Positions 54,901 to 63,285 of a DNA stretch of 64,000 nt are shown piece by piece. The stretch is from Clostridia bacterium (GTDB lineage Bacteria; Bacillota; Clostridia; Christensenellales; UBA1242), in the NCBI GenBank assembly GCA_017936585.1, contig JAGBFI010000038.1, forward strand, positions 46,503 through 110,502, read 5' to 3'. Under the pieces are notes generated by a model that saw only the letters and a list, made by a program, of their open reading frames with translations, had not been told where the DNA came from and made no database searches. The translations under genes and the position numbers were made by a program. Position 1 is the stretch's first letter. Every line of letters starts with the position of its first letter.

Positions 54901-57066
54901 AACCTTTTTAAGCCCGTCCATTGTCACAAAGTTATCAATCTTTGTTCCCGTGATGTCATAACATTCCACATAAAGTTTGTCGTCACGATATGCTTGCTCG
55001 AGTTTTTCTTGATCGCCTTCAAAGTTGTCACTCTTGAGATTCAACTGCATCTTGATCATTGTTTTTTGTGCATAACTGTCGTTTCTGTTGATTGCTGGGA
55101 TGTAATATTCTCCATTTGCATCAGCCTCCACGCCGTCTGCAAAGAAGAATCCTGTTTGCATGTTTTTGATTGACAAAGCACTTTCAACTGTCACCATTTT
55201 TGGTGTGCTTACATTGACAATTTGATAAGCACCGTTTGAAGTATAATATGGAGTCGTTTTGTCAGCATGAGTTCTGATTGTTGCAGCAATCACTTTTGCA
55301 GATTTTGCAAAGCTTCTTGTTGCAATCAATGTGTCGCCATTGAGTTCATAAAGCATATATCCATTATCTGTTGGAGTGTCCAAAATTCCGATTGTGTTGC
55401 CACGATAGTCAGTCTTATACAATTTTCCGCCCTTGTTTGGGAAAACAGTGTTGATTGTTTGTGCATCAACATTTTCATCCGCATCAAACAAGAGGAAATA
55501 TTTGACTGTTTTATATACATTATTTTCATTGATTTTGTTCAAGTATTCCGATAGATGTTCTTCTGCAAAATTTGGCTCGCCGTTGTCTTTGTATGTGATG
55601 TCAAGTTTGATTGTTGCTGTGCTCCAAGATGGGTCTTCTTCATAGTCATGCTCAATCACAGACACAGAAACCTTTCTCTCCCCCTTTTCTTCGTCATCAC
55701 TGAACTCAAAAAGGTTCACAAGTTTGCCCTGTGCGTCTTCATAGAAGAAGTTGATTCGAAGCTCCAATGTGCCAGCCGCTTGTGTTGCCTCAAATTGCCA
55801 ATAATAATCTTTTGCCTCAGCCACCTTGTTGTTTGGAAGCAAATAATATGAAACAGCATCGGTTAAGGAGTAATCCTTTTTCGCGTCATAATCCTCTTCT
55901 GAAAGGACTGCCGCCCCAGATGATTTGTCAACCTTCACAACTCTGCCACCAGTCACAACCAAGCCTTTTGCTTCTGGCATCAAAATTCCAAAATTGCCAA
56001 GCATGCCAGTCAGTTGAACACCGTTGATGTCGCGAACATCCAATTCCAAAGTCGCGTCACCTGTGCTTGAAACTGTGGTGAGTCTGTAATCTTTGTCAAC
56101 ATAGATTGTTTTGAGTGTTGTGTTCTCCACCCCAACCTTAACTTTGCTTGCGTCAAGGTCAACGTCCTTAACCTGTACATTCAGCTCATATGGCTCAACG
56201 CACGCAAGTGGATTTGTTGAAAAATATCCAATCAAAGCATCATTGAGTTCTTCAGGATCGTCCGCGAGATCTTTAAAACGCTCCAAAATCTGCCAGCGAT
56301 AATATGAATTTGAGAAAGTGTATGCTTTTATTGTGTCAGTTTCAATTCCACTGCTTTTGTTTGCTGTAAACTTTCCTGTTTCCCAGTTGTAGGAAATGAA
56401 AGTTCTTGAATAATCAAAGAAGACTTCTTTGTTTTTCTCTGAGTTTGCAAATATGTATTGCCCCTTTTCAGGTGTGAAAGCCACATCAACCGTAAACTCG
56501 CTGCCAACAACCACGCTTTGAGCCTTTCCAGTTTGACCATTGATGGATGCTTCAATTTGTTCAACCGGAACATCCACATTGATTGTGATTTCTACCGGTC
56601 TTTTCATAACATTTTCTGAGGTCGCCTTGATGACCGTTGTTCCGCCAACCGCGACATCTCTCCCAAGCGTGCTGTTATAATCTTTCTTGACAACAACATC
56701 AAAAGGTTTTCCAATCACCCATTCTTTTGGAATTTCAATGATTCCATTTGTGATTTTGCCGTCATATTCATCCGTCTTGTCCGTAAGAGAAAGAGTAATT
56801 TTCTTTTCCGTCACGTCCTCAGTTGTGGTGTCAACAACAATCTGGAAGTTTTCCGCAACATAAAGCTGCCCATTTTCTGCCGTGTACGCCATATTGTCAT
56901 TTTCTGTATCCAGCGAAAGAGAAATATCCTCTGGATAAACAACCTTGTCATCAAACATTCCTGAAAGTAAAAGCCCGAGTGCGGTCGCACCAGCCACCAC
57001 AATCATCCCTGCAAAAACCAACCCTATGGACGCCCAAAGACTTAAAACTTTTTTACCCTTTCTCAT
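51925..57066 (-). CDS. N-terminal 1,713-aa portion of a giant surface protein (signal-anchor N-terminus), ending at an in-frame TAA
   Basis: The ATG at 57064-57066 has a GGAG RBS. The N-terminus MRKGKKVLSLWASIGLVFAGMIVVAGATALGLLLSG is a signal anchor. It is followed by a long beta-rich extracellular-type sequence. Confidence 0.8.
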   Translation of the reverse strand: MRKGKKVLSLWASIGLVFAGMIVVAGATALGLLLSGMFDDKVVYPEDISLSLDTENDNMAYTAENGQLYVAENFQIVVDTTTEDVTEKKITLSLTDKTDEYDGKITNGIIEIPKEWVIGKPFDVVVKKDYNSTLGRDVAVGGTTVIKATSENVMKRPVEITINVDVPVEQIEASINGQTGKAQSVVVGSEFTVDVAFTPEKGQYIFANSEKNKEVFFDYSRTFISYNWETGKFTANKSSGIETDTIKAYTFSNSYYRWQILERFKDLADDPEELNDALIGYFSTNPLACVEPYELNVQVKDVDLDASKVKVGVENTTLKTIYVDKDYRLTTVSSTGDATLELDVRDINGVQLTGMLGNFGILMPEAKGLVVTGGRVVKVDKSSGAAVLSEEDYDAKKDYSLTDAVSYYLLPNNKVAEAKDYYWQFEATQAAGTLELRINFFYEDAQGKLVNLFEFSDDEEKGERKVSVSVIEHDYEEDPSWSTATIKLDITYKDNGEPNFAEEHLSEYLNKINENNVYKTVKYFLLFDADENVDAQTINTVFPNKGGKLYKTDYRGNTIGILDTPTDNGYMLYELNGDTLIATRSFAKSAKVIAATIRTHADKTTPYYTSNGAYQIVNVSTPKMVTVESALSIKNMQTGFFFADGVEADANGEYYIPAINRNDSYAQKTMIKMQLNLKSDNFEGDQEKLEQAYRDDKLYVECYDITGTKIDNFVTMDGLKKVKAEGNVITFESDLTISEQEFSNLYKENRYKLDLGTHIKLKLIYDDGKEKFPQQIVYVDDMVKAEEENRLDHFNIYYQQPVEIVGAYKESLAELDLDKDGLADKISVSITSEGMKVVWGSKTFEGKAETVIGELNKLLSFKLVDQFGQEIDGFADLYTVRFVEETAVGGEASTSVLEFDTKLESLQTIPSTKGKSVTTYLSVYVVDKVDDSLIYTFDNNVATQTFLATERFEFDIVSEGVEKVLRDPSNFVGSTDPLIENIVNGKMNTGTVKVSKFVTAGNTITLKDHLAVYKQDATEQEKLIIKLDSDYVGNLSPSAKEDLMKMIAFNSVGDKYETKTIDQWLSEELTNMVILKPFEENTTIKFSVTDENGALFSILYEFECLKDVTATPNFEKYYSANSTFLVNSNNDLTPGVFGGMEYDLDEFTNFSPKTNNAYSWAAALKGLDLTSSATGVFYNGGSDICTLEERVDAKTGESKIILKIADVYKFQTVNLTVYYGVNSSYALQAQYTLYVNPNIIMKEEVSGLTGKPYLDLSGIATDNAYIKSFYKFYKATDYIASGSFDGLTEISMTGLTFANTSSTRYLGVTGTNAAGTATADYYFCFGTAEELYLKLGETFEQSFAVEKDNEAFNVIKMKVAQDGQKSIEKSDVQTGLAFTILAGYGTTIDAIITNNDGSSVETVSYGTSAEQYMLMVSGEKYSPRTGFTIEEAVGFMDKTGNAITAKTLTSSFVSATGNYLKISAVLQDKTSKSLTVVVDINVIVSALGDKFVCYNNGELPDTASGLEFNVFGDCTFDTLIGSLERLEAFDVYQQLLAGQQYKVVHAVGDISSDFDSKQVYGFYYESSDTPNISWDIVSGGDYAKKVYVDASDKIGQLYINHLENSVTAQHIVLKIRIVSTKATYEGYYRIRIVPSFEKGNVEYPYASADEGVAEYIDSSSLYYDAAVEYQYVINLEEEFTAQNSANKTGTRFVAPTFNTGVTAEDISATYEIS

Positions 57067-57391
57067 AAAAACTCCACATTTGTTTGCAAACAAGTTTTCC
57101 TACTTTTGAGATATTGTTTGCTTTTTCGACAAATAAATACTTTTTAAGTTGTTTCCGTCACATCTTTTTTTGAAGGCGAAAACCGCACGCACAAAAATTA
57201 AAGCAAAAATTATACTTGATAATTTAAATGTAATTTATCACAATTTTATTTTAGCATTTTTTGTCAATATTTCGCAACTAAAAATTAAACAAATATTCAT
57301 AAAATAAATAAATTTATTTTCTTTAAATTTTTAACTATTTTTTGTCGCATTTTTCGAAATAAATTTAAAGCATCAAAAAGGTGATTTTGGG

Positions 57392-57420
57392 TTGACAGAA
57401 TAGGCAAAATCATTTATAAT
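57392..57420 (+). promoter_or_regulatory. Consensus sigma-A promoter (TTGACA, 17 nt, TATAAT) ending 6 nt before the ATG at 57427
   Basis: TTGACA lies at 57392-57397 and TATAAT at 57415-57420 with an exact 17-nt spacer. Only TAGGCT separates the -10 box from the start codon. Confidence 0.6.
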
Positions 57421-57426
57421 TAGGCT

Positions 57427-58314
57427 ATGAACACGAATTTGGAAATTTACAACTTCTTAAACCTCATAAATCCGAGACTTGGCAGACTGTATAAGAAAAC
57501 CGTCCGTTCTTTTTTGCCTGACAATTTTTCCCCAACTCAAGAACAAATCAAACAAATTTTCATTCTCAAGAAGTTGGAAAACAAAAAAGCGTCACCACAA
57601 TTTATTTTCAATGATAAAAAAATAATAAAAAAGCATTTCAAAAATTCACTTAAAAATTGCAAAAAAATTGCAAAAAACTTAAAAAATAGTGAGAAAAATA
57701 ATAAAATTGATATTTTTGATTTAAATTTTTATATCAATTTAAGAATTGCTTTAACGGAAGATTTAATCAAAAATTTCAAAAATCATGACTTTGACGAAAT
57801 GGAAGCTTATCAAGAAATTTTCAACCTCAACCCTGTGTTTGGAGAACTTCTTAAAGAGCTTTTTGAGGAAGCTGTTGACCTAGAGCTCCTTCTTGAAAAC
57901 ATTGATGTCAAATGTGAAATTTCTTATCTTGAAAAAATTACACTTTTGGAAAAAGCAGCAAAGAAAAAGAGTAGCAAAAAGTTGAAAGAGGATGCTGAAA
58001 GAGAAATTGTAGTCCTGGCAATGAAAGAGATCAAAAAGAAGAAAAATTCAACAAAAACCACTTCAAAAACAGCAAAAAAACTTGAAAAAAGTGAAAACAC
58101 AGTCAAAAAGCCTGAGAACCCTGCTGCAACGGAAGATAAAAAGAAGACAAAGCCTGAAGAAAAAATTGAGACAAAATTCGAAAGAAAAACCGAAGTAAAA
58201 AAATCTGAAAAAACATCAGACAAAAAACCTAAAATCAAGCCAGAAAACTTGACTGATGCAAAAACAACAAACAACAAACACAAAACAACATCAACAAACA
58301 AGGAGAAATCATGA
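57427..58314 (+). CDS. Hypothetical Lys-rich protein (295 aa)
   Basis: This ORF lies downstream of the consensus promoter. Its C-terminal half is low-complexity and K/E/T-rich (KKKSSKKLKEDAE...KKPKIKPENL). Its stop overlaps the ABC-F start (ATGA). Confidence 0.5.
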   Translation: MNTNLEIYNFLNLINPRLGRLYKKTVRSFLPDNFSPTQEQIKQIFILKKLENKKASPQFIFNDKKIIKKHFKNSLKNCKKIAKNLKNSEKNNKIDIFDLNFYINLRIALTEDLIKNFKNHDFDEMEAYQEIFNLNPVFGELLKELFEEAVDLELLLENIDVKCEISYLEKITLLEKAAKKKSSKKLKEDAEREIVVLAMKEIKKKKNSTKTTSKTAKKLEKSENTVKKPENPAATEDKKKTKPEEKIETKFERKTEVKKSEKTSDKKPKIKPENLTDAKTTNNKHKTTSTNKEKS

Positions 58315-59891
58315 TTCAAGCAATAAACGTTTCGCTGGCGTTCGGCGGCAGAACCTTATATAAAGATGTAAATTTGAAATTCACAAAAGGAAATTGTTAC
58401 GGCATCATTGGTGCAAATGGCGCTGGAAAATCAACATTCCTTAAAATTTTGACGGGCGAAATTGAGCCAAACACTGGCGAAATTGTCATCACACCAGGCG
58501 AAAGAATGTCCGTTTTGGAACAAAACCAAAACAAATATGACAATGAGACCGTTCTTAACACTGTACTTCTTGGACACAAGCGCCTTATGGAAATTCAAAA
58601 AGAGAAGGATGAGCTCTATGCAAAATCTGATTTTTCTGACGAAGACGGCATTCGCGCCGGAGAACTTGAAACAGAATTTGCCGAACTTGGCGGATGGGAA
58701 GCTGATGGCGAAGCAAAGACTCTTCTTCAAAATTTGGGTGTTGACGAAAGCCTTTTCTATGAACTTATGTCAACTTTGGATGCAAAAATCAAGGTGAAAG
58801 TGCTTTTGGCACAGGCTCTTTTTGGAAATCCAGACATTCTCATCTTGGACGAACCAACAAACAACTTGGATTTCAAAACAATTCGTTGGCTGGAAAATTT
58901 CTTGCTCGACTTTGAAAACATCGTCATCATCGTATCCCACAATCGTCACTTTTTAAACAAAGTCTGCACACATATCTGCGACGTTGACTTTGGTGAAATC
59001 AATATGTATCTTGGAAACTACGATTTCTGGTATGAAACAAGCCAGCTCCTTTTGAGACAATCAAAAGAACAAAACAAGAAAGCGGAACAACGCGCCAAAG
59101 AACTTAAAGATTTCATCGCACGTTTCTCAGCAAATGCTTCAAAATCAAAGCAAGCAACAAGCAGAAAGAAGGAACTTGAAAAACTTACATTGGAAGATTT
59201 CAGACCATCTTCAAGAAAATATCCTTATGTTGACTTTAAATATGAACAAGAAATTGGCAAAGAAATTTTGAAAGTGGAAAAACTGAGCAAAAAAGGAATG
59301 TTCAAAGACCTTTCTTTCACCGTTGAGCACGGACAAAAAATTGTTTTTCTTTCTTCAAACAGCATGGTTTTAACAACACTTTTTGACATCTTGTCAGGAA
59401 AGGAAGAGGCTGACAGCGGAGAAGTCCGTTTTGGAAAGACAATCAAATATTCGTATCTTCCACAAGATAACAGAGAATTTTTTGATGGATGTCACCTCTC
59501 AATTGTTGACTGGTTGAGACAATATTCAAAAGACAAAACGGAAAGCTATGTGCGCGGCTGGCTGGGAAGAATGCTTTTCTCAGGAGAAGAAAGTTTGAAA
59601 GAAGTCAATGTTCTTTCCGGTGGCGAAAAAGTGCGTTGTATGCTTGCAAAAATCATGCTTGAAAGCGGAAACTTCTTGATGTTGGATGAGCCAACCAACC
59701 ACCTCGACCTTGAAAGTATTACCTCTCTCAACAAAGGAATGATAAACTTCAAAGGCGCAATGCTGTTTGCGACCGGAGACCAAGAAATCATTGAAACCGT
59801 TGCAAACAGAATTATTGATATTGTGGATGAAAACACAATCATTGACAAGCAAATGTCATATGAAGAATATATGGAAAAATTTAAGGCTTAA
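58311..59891 (+). CDS. ABC-F family ATPase (two ABC cassettes, no TM domain)
   Basis: It has an AAGGAGA RBS. The first cassette has GANGAGKST, ...LSGGEK-type signatures and ILILDEPTNNLD. The second cassette has LSGGEKVRCMLA and FLMLDEPTNHLD. A linker lies between the cassettes, and the length is 526 aa. Confidence 0.88.
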   Translation: MIQAINVSLAFGGRTLYKDVNLKFTKGNCYGIIGANGAGKSTFLKILTGEIEPNTGEIVITPGERMSVLEQNQNKYDNETVLNTVLLGHKRLMEIQKEKDELYAKSDFSDEDGIRAGELETEFAELGGWEADGEAKTLLQNLGVDESLFYELMSTLDAKIKVKVLLAQALFGNPDILILDEPTNNLDFKTIRWLENFLLDFENIVIIVSHNRHFLNKVCTHICDVDFGEINMYLGNYDFWYETSQLLLRQSKEQNKKAEQRAKELKDFIARFSANASKSKQATSRKKELEKLTLEDFRPSSRKYPYVDFKYEQEIGKEILKVEKLSKKGMFKDLSFTVEHGQKIVFLSSNSMVLTTLFDILSGKEEADSGEVRFGKTIKYSYLPQDNREFFDGCHLSIVDWLRQYSKDKTESYVRGWLGRMLFSGEESLKEVNVLSGGEKVRCMLAKIMLESGNFLMLDEPTNHLDLESITSLNKGMINFKGAMLFATGDQEIIETVANRIIDIVDENTIIDKQMSYEEYMEKFKA

Positions 59892-59903
59892 CAGCCTTTT
59901 TTC
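59883..59903 (+). terminator. Rho-independent terminator overlapping the ABC-F stop codon
   Basis: The stem AAGGCT / AGCCTT has the loop TAAC, which contains the stop, and is followed by TTTT. Confidence 0.55.
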
Positions 59904-60040
59904 TTTTTCCATTTTGACTGTCAAATCGTTGCTTTTTTGTCGTTTTTTGTTATTTTACATTTTTTTCACATATTTAGAATTTTTATATCATTTTTTTGAT
60001 AATTTCCTGATATTTTTCATCGCTTTTTGGAAACTGCCTA

Positions 60041-60068
60041 TTGACAAAACTCTCATCTGTGATATAAT
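60041..60068 (+). promoter_or_regulatory. Sigma-A promoter with an extended -10 (TTGACA, 16 nt, TGATATAAT)
   Basis: TTGACA lies at 60041-60046 and TG-A-TATAAT ends at 60068. This is 22 nt upstream of the ATG at 60091. Confidence 0.6.
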
Positions 60069-60090
60069 CAAAAAAGGGAAGGAAAAAAAG

Positions 60091-60477
60091 ATGGAAAATG
60101 AACGTATAACAGCTCAAGATTACATTGATTTTGCAAAGGAACTTGCCGGTCAAGGCGGGCTTTTGAAAGAAAATGAGCCAAGAACACACGAATGCATTTT
60201 GAATGTGCTTGTCAACAGCAAAAATGAAGAAGACATCAACTATGTGTTGGACGTTGTAAACAAGTATGCCATACTTGCCAAATTTGAGGATTATGACGAA
60301 GCTACATCCAACAACCTTAGTTTCCGCGAATTGAATTTGACCGAAATTCCAAAGACAAAATCTGCAGTTTTGCATATTCTTTCTGTTAAAACAGTCCGCG
60401 ACAAAAAAAAAGCTACCCAAGTGGAAAAAGCAAAAGAAGCGAAAAAACCTATTCAAGCAGAAAGAACGAAAGAATAA
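60091..60477 (+). CDS. Hypothetical protein (128 aa)
   Basis: The ATG at 60091 lies downstream of the promoter and a purine-rich RBS (GGGAAGGAAAAAAAG). The longer ORF-track version (59767-) would cross the ABC-F terminator and the promoter. Confidence 0.55.
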   Translation: MENERITAQDYIDFAKELAGQGGLLKENEPRTHECILNVLVNSKNEEDINYVLDVVNKYAILAKFEDYDEATSNNLSFRELNLTEIPKTKSAVLHILSVKTVRDKKKATQVEKAKEAKKPIQAERTKE

Positions 60478-60504
60478 ATCCTTGAAAAATCATATAAAAA
60501 CATT

Positions 60505-60533
60505 AAAAAATCACCAAAAATGGTGATTTTTTT
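60505..60533. terminator. Bidirectional rho-independent terminator between convergent genes
   Basis: The stem TCACCA / TGGTGA with an AAAA loop is flanked by an A-run and a T-run. Confidence 0.7.
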
Positions 60534-60626
60534 CAAATGGAGGATTTTATGCAAATTACACGCTTTTTGAACTAAAAAGAAATTTTATGTAATTGGCAGT
60601 CAGAAACCGACCACCATTTTTTGCAA

Positions 60627-61070
60627 TTAGAATATTCTGAAGCAGCATCTTCTGCATTGGTTACATCTGTTGCAGCAGCATCTGCCACTGTCATCTTTTT
60701 TGTCATCATGTTTGTCATATCCACTCTTGTGTGAAGAATCTTTCTTATCATCGCAATCATTTTCAGGTTTTCTTGGATAATCGCAGTGGTCTTTTTCTTC
60801 AAAACAACCACAGCTGCATTCACAACATTTTTTCTCTTCTTTTTTGCAATCGTCTTTTTTATCGTCTTTTTTGTCGTCCTTCTTGCATTCATCTTTCTTG
60901 TCATCTTCTTTCTTGCAATCCCACTTCAATTCTGGTGGAAAGTTGTATGAAATTGATTGTTTGATTTGAATCCAAGAACCATCTTTTCCTTCAAGCTTTT
61001 TCTCGTCTTCAAAATCGTGTGGACGTTTTTTGAAGCCGTAGCTCTCCGAACTGTATCTCTTTTGATCCAT
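60627..61070 (-). CDS. Cys-rich, Lys/Asp-rich hypothetical protein (147 aa)
   Basis: It has an AAGGAGA RBS. The sequence includes ...WDCKKEDDKKDECKKDDKKDDKKDDCKKEEKKCCECSCGCFEEKDHCDYP...GRCCCNRCNQCRRCCFRIF, with about 20 Cys residues. Confidence 0.6.
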   Translation of the reverse strand: MDQKRYSSESYGFKKRPHDFEDEKKLEGKDGSWIQIKQSISYNFPPELKWDCKKEDDKKDECKKDDKKDDKKDDCKKEEKKCCECSCGCFEEKDHCDYPRKPENDCDDKKDSSHKSGYDKHDDKKDDSGRCCCNRCNQCRRCCFRIF

Positions 61071-61259
61071 AATTTCTCCTTAGTTTTTCAGAATGAATGC
61101 AAAATTTTCATCTTGCAGGTTCATTCAAAATCAGCCTATTCAAAACCTTACAAAAAGGTGCTTGAAAAGAGTTTAACTCAACTTTTTTTGCAAATTTTTC
61201 TTCGTTTTTATTTGCAAAGAAAAATTTGTTTGTGATATCCTTTTCTCGAGAGGATTTTT

Positions 61260-61793
61260 ATGACAATAAACACAACATTGATTTTGGTTTTAGGCGTATT
61301 TTGTTTTTTTCTGCTTCCTTTTTTGGTTTGGTTTTGTTGCAAAAATGAAAAATTGCAAAAAATTCTGACACTTGTTTTCTTTTGTTTATATCTTGTAGTT
61401 CTTTTCATTGGCGTGTTTGCAGAGCTTGATATCAATTCAAGTGTCGTGTCATTCAAATTTGATTTTGTCGGCACTTGGTGCAGCAAAACAATCAATTTTA
61501 CCTTCTCAAACATCACAACATTTGATCTTGTCATCAACCTCGTCATGCTTATTCCAGTTGGAATGTTTGTATTCTATCTTTCCATAAACAAAAAGCCAAT
61601 GACAAAAATAATTCTTTTGCTTGCATTCGGTCTCCTTGCCGGAGTTTTCATTGAGACGCTGCAATTCATCTTGCCAATTCAAAGGTCTGTTCAGTTCAGT
61701 GACGCCATTCTCAACATGATTTCAACCTTAATCGGTGGGTTGATTGCCTGGGATTATCTGTGGGTAATCAGCAAACTTCGCAAAAAGAATTAA
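61260..61793 (+). CDS. VanZ-family membrane protein
   Basis: It has a GAGAGGA RBS. The motifs LVINLVMLIPVGMF, ...ETLQFILPIQRSVQFSDAILN and ...LIGGLI are typical of VanZ-like proteins. Confidence 0.7.
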   Translation: MTINTTLILVLGVFCFFLLPFLVWFCCKNEKLQKILTLVFFCLYLVVLFIGVFAELDINSSVVSFKFDFVGTWCSKTINFTFSNITTFDLVINLVMLIPVGMFVFYLSINKKPMTKIILLLAFGLLAGVFIETLQFILPIQRSVQFSDAILNMISTLIGGLIAWDYLWVISKLRKKN

Positions 61794-62076
61794 ACCATCC
61801 CCTTTAAGTTATGCCTACCTTTGTTTGTGTAAAAAAACACGGAAAACCTTAACAAGCACGAATTCTCAGCAGAATAGAAATTATACAACGAATAAGTAAA
61901 TTATAATTAACACGGCTGTTTTTTGAAGACCAAGCAGTTTTATCCGGTACGACATTTGAAGAACTCTCCACCCTCTGATGTTTTTGCGAAAGCTCTTTCA
62001 AATCAATTTGAAAAGTTTGAAAATCATGATAACATTAAGATTGAACAAAGTTGATTATATATTAAGGAGAAAAACA

Positions 62077-63276
62077 GTGAACATTTTTAAAAGTTTATAT
62101 TGCCGAAGCTTTCAAGGCGTTTTCAGAGCCATACTTCCAGTTTTGCCATATCGCGAACCAACGCTTTTATCCAGCGATGCAGAGGTTGTGGAGGTGTTGA
62201 AAGGCAAAAATTGCAGCAGCGTTTTGCTTGTCACTGACGAAACTCTTCGAAAACTTAAACTGACACAAAGTTTGGAAGAAAAAATTAAGGAAAGCGGAAT
62301 TTTGCTTTCAGTCTATGACGGAACAGTTCCAAATCCAACAACTCAGAATGTTGATGATGCCTTGAAAATTTACAAAGAAAACGGCTGCAGTGCACTGATT
62401 GCTTTTGGCGGCGGTTCTGCAATGGACTGCGCGAAGGCCGTTGGCGCAAAAGTTGCAAAGCCAAAAAAGACTCTCAAAAAGATGAAGGGTGTTTTGAAAG
62501 TCAGAAAGAAGATTCCTCTTTTGATTGCTGTTCCAACAACAGCGGGAACAGGCAGCGAAACAACCTTGGCAGCTGTCATCACAGACAATGAAACGAGGCA
62601 TAAATATGCCATCAACGATTTCCCTCTCATTCCGCACTATGCACTCTTGAAAGCAGCGTTGACAGTCAATCTTCCGAAACATATCACTGCAACCACCGGC
62701 ATGGACGCTTTGACACATGCCGTTGAGGCTTTCATCGGGCGAAGCACAACAAAGAAAACAAGAGAGAAGGCATTGTCTGCAACAAAAACAATTTTTGAAA
62801 ATTTGCTTGAGTCATACAACAATGGGCAAAACTTGCAAGCGCGTCAAAATATGCTGCAAGCGGCTTATGACGCTGGGATTGCTTTCACACAATCATATGT
62901 TGGCTATGCTCATGCAATCGCCCACTCCTTGGGAGGAAAATATAACGTTGCTCACGGCCTTGCAAACGCAGTGATTTTGCCATATATGCTGAAGACCTAC
63001 GGCAAAAAAATTGACAAAAAGCTGTGGAAGATGGGTGTCTACTCGGGACTTTTTGATGCGTCCACCTCAAAAGAAAATGGGGCAAAAATCTTCATCAACA
63101 AGATTGAAGAATTAAACGCCGCCATGAACATTCCAACCAAGATTGAAGAAATCAAAGAAGAGGATATTCCTCAACTTGCAAAAACTGCAGAAAAAGAGGC
63201 AAACCCTCTTTATCCCGTGCCAAAACTTATGACTGCAAAACAACTTGAAAAGCTATATCATCAAATTTCCAAGTGA
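62077..63276 (+). CDS. Iron-containing (group III) alcohol dehydrogenase
   Basis: The GTG start at 62077 lies 7 nt after an AAGGAGAA RBS. The motifs are GGGSAMDCAKA, PTTAGTGSE, and the His cluster HAVEAF...YVGYAHAIAHSLGGKYNVAHG. Confidence 0.88.
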   Translation: MNIFKSLYCRSFQGVFRAILPVLPYREPTLLSSDAEVVEVLKGKNCSSVLLVTDETLRKLKLTQSLEEKIKESGILLSVYDGTVPNPTTQNVDDALKIYKENGCSALIAFGGGSAMDCAKAVGAKVAKPKKTLKKMKGVLKVRKKIPLLIAVPTTAGTGSETTLAAVITDNETRHKYAINDFPLIPHYALLKAALTVNLPKHITATTGMDALTHAVEAFIGRSTTKKTREKALSATKTIFENLLESYNNGQNLQARQNMLQAAYDAGIAFTQSYVGYAHAIAHSLGGKYNVAHGLANAVILPYMLKTYGKKIDKKLWKMGVYSGLFDASTSKENGAKIFINKIEELNAAMNIPTKIEEIKEEDIPQLAKTAEKEANPLYPVPKLMTAKQLEKLYHQISK

Positions 63277-63285
63277 GGTGAAATT

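Noticed and set aside
59767-60090. N-terminal extension of the 236-aa ORF (59767-60477)
   Set aside because: The extension overlaps the 3' end of the ABC-F gene. It also runs through that gene's terminator and a consensus promoter. The ATG at 60091, downstream of the promoter, is the sensible start.
61208-61546. 112-aa minus-strand ORF
   Set aside because: It is antisense to the VanZ-family gene and has no RBS.
61794-62076. Long (about 280 nt) untranslated region upstream of the Fe-alcohol dehydrogenase, considered as a possible riboswitch or leader
   Set aside because: I could not recognise any known riboswitch core or a convincing terminator/antiterminator pair. It would need an Rfam scan and is not reported as a feature.
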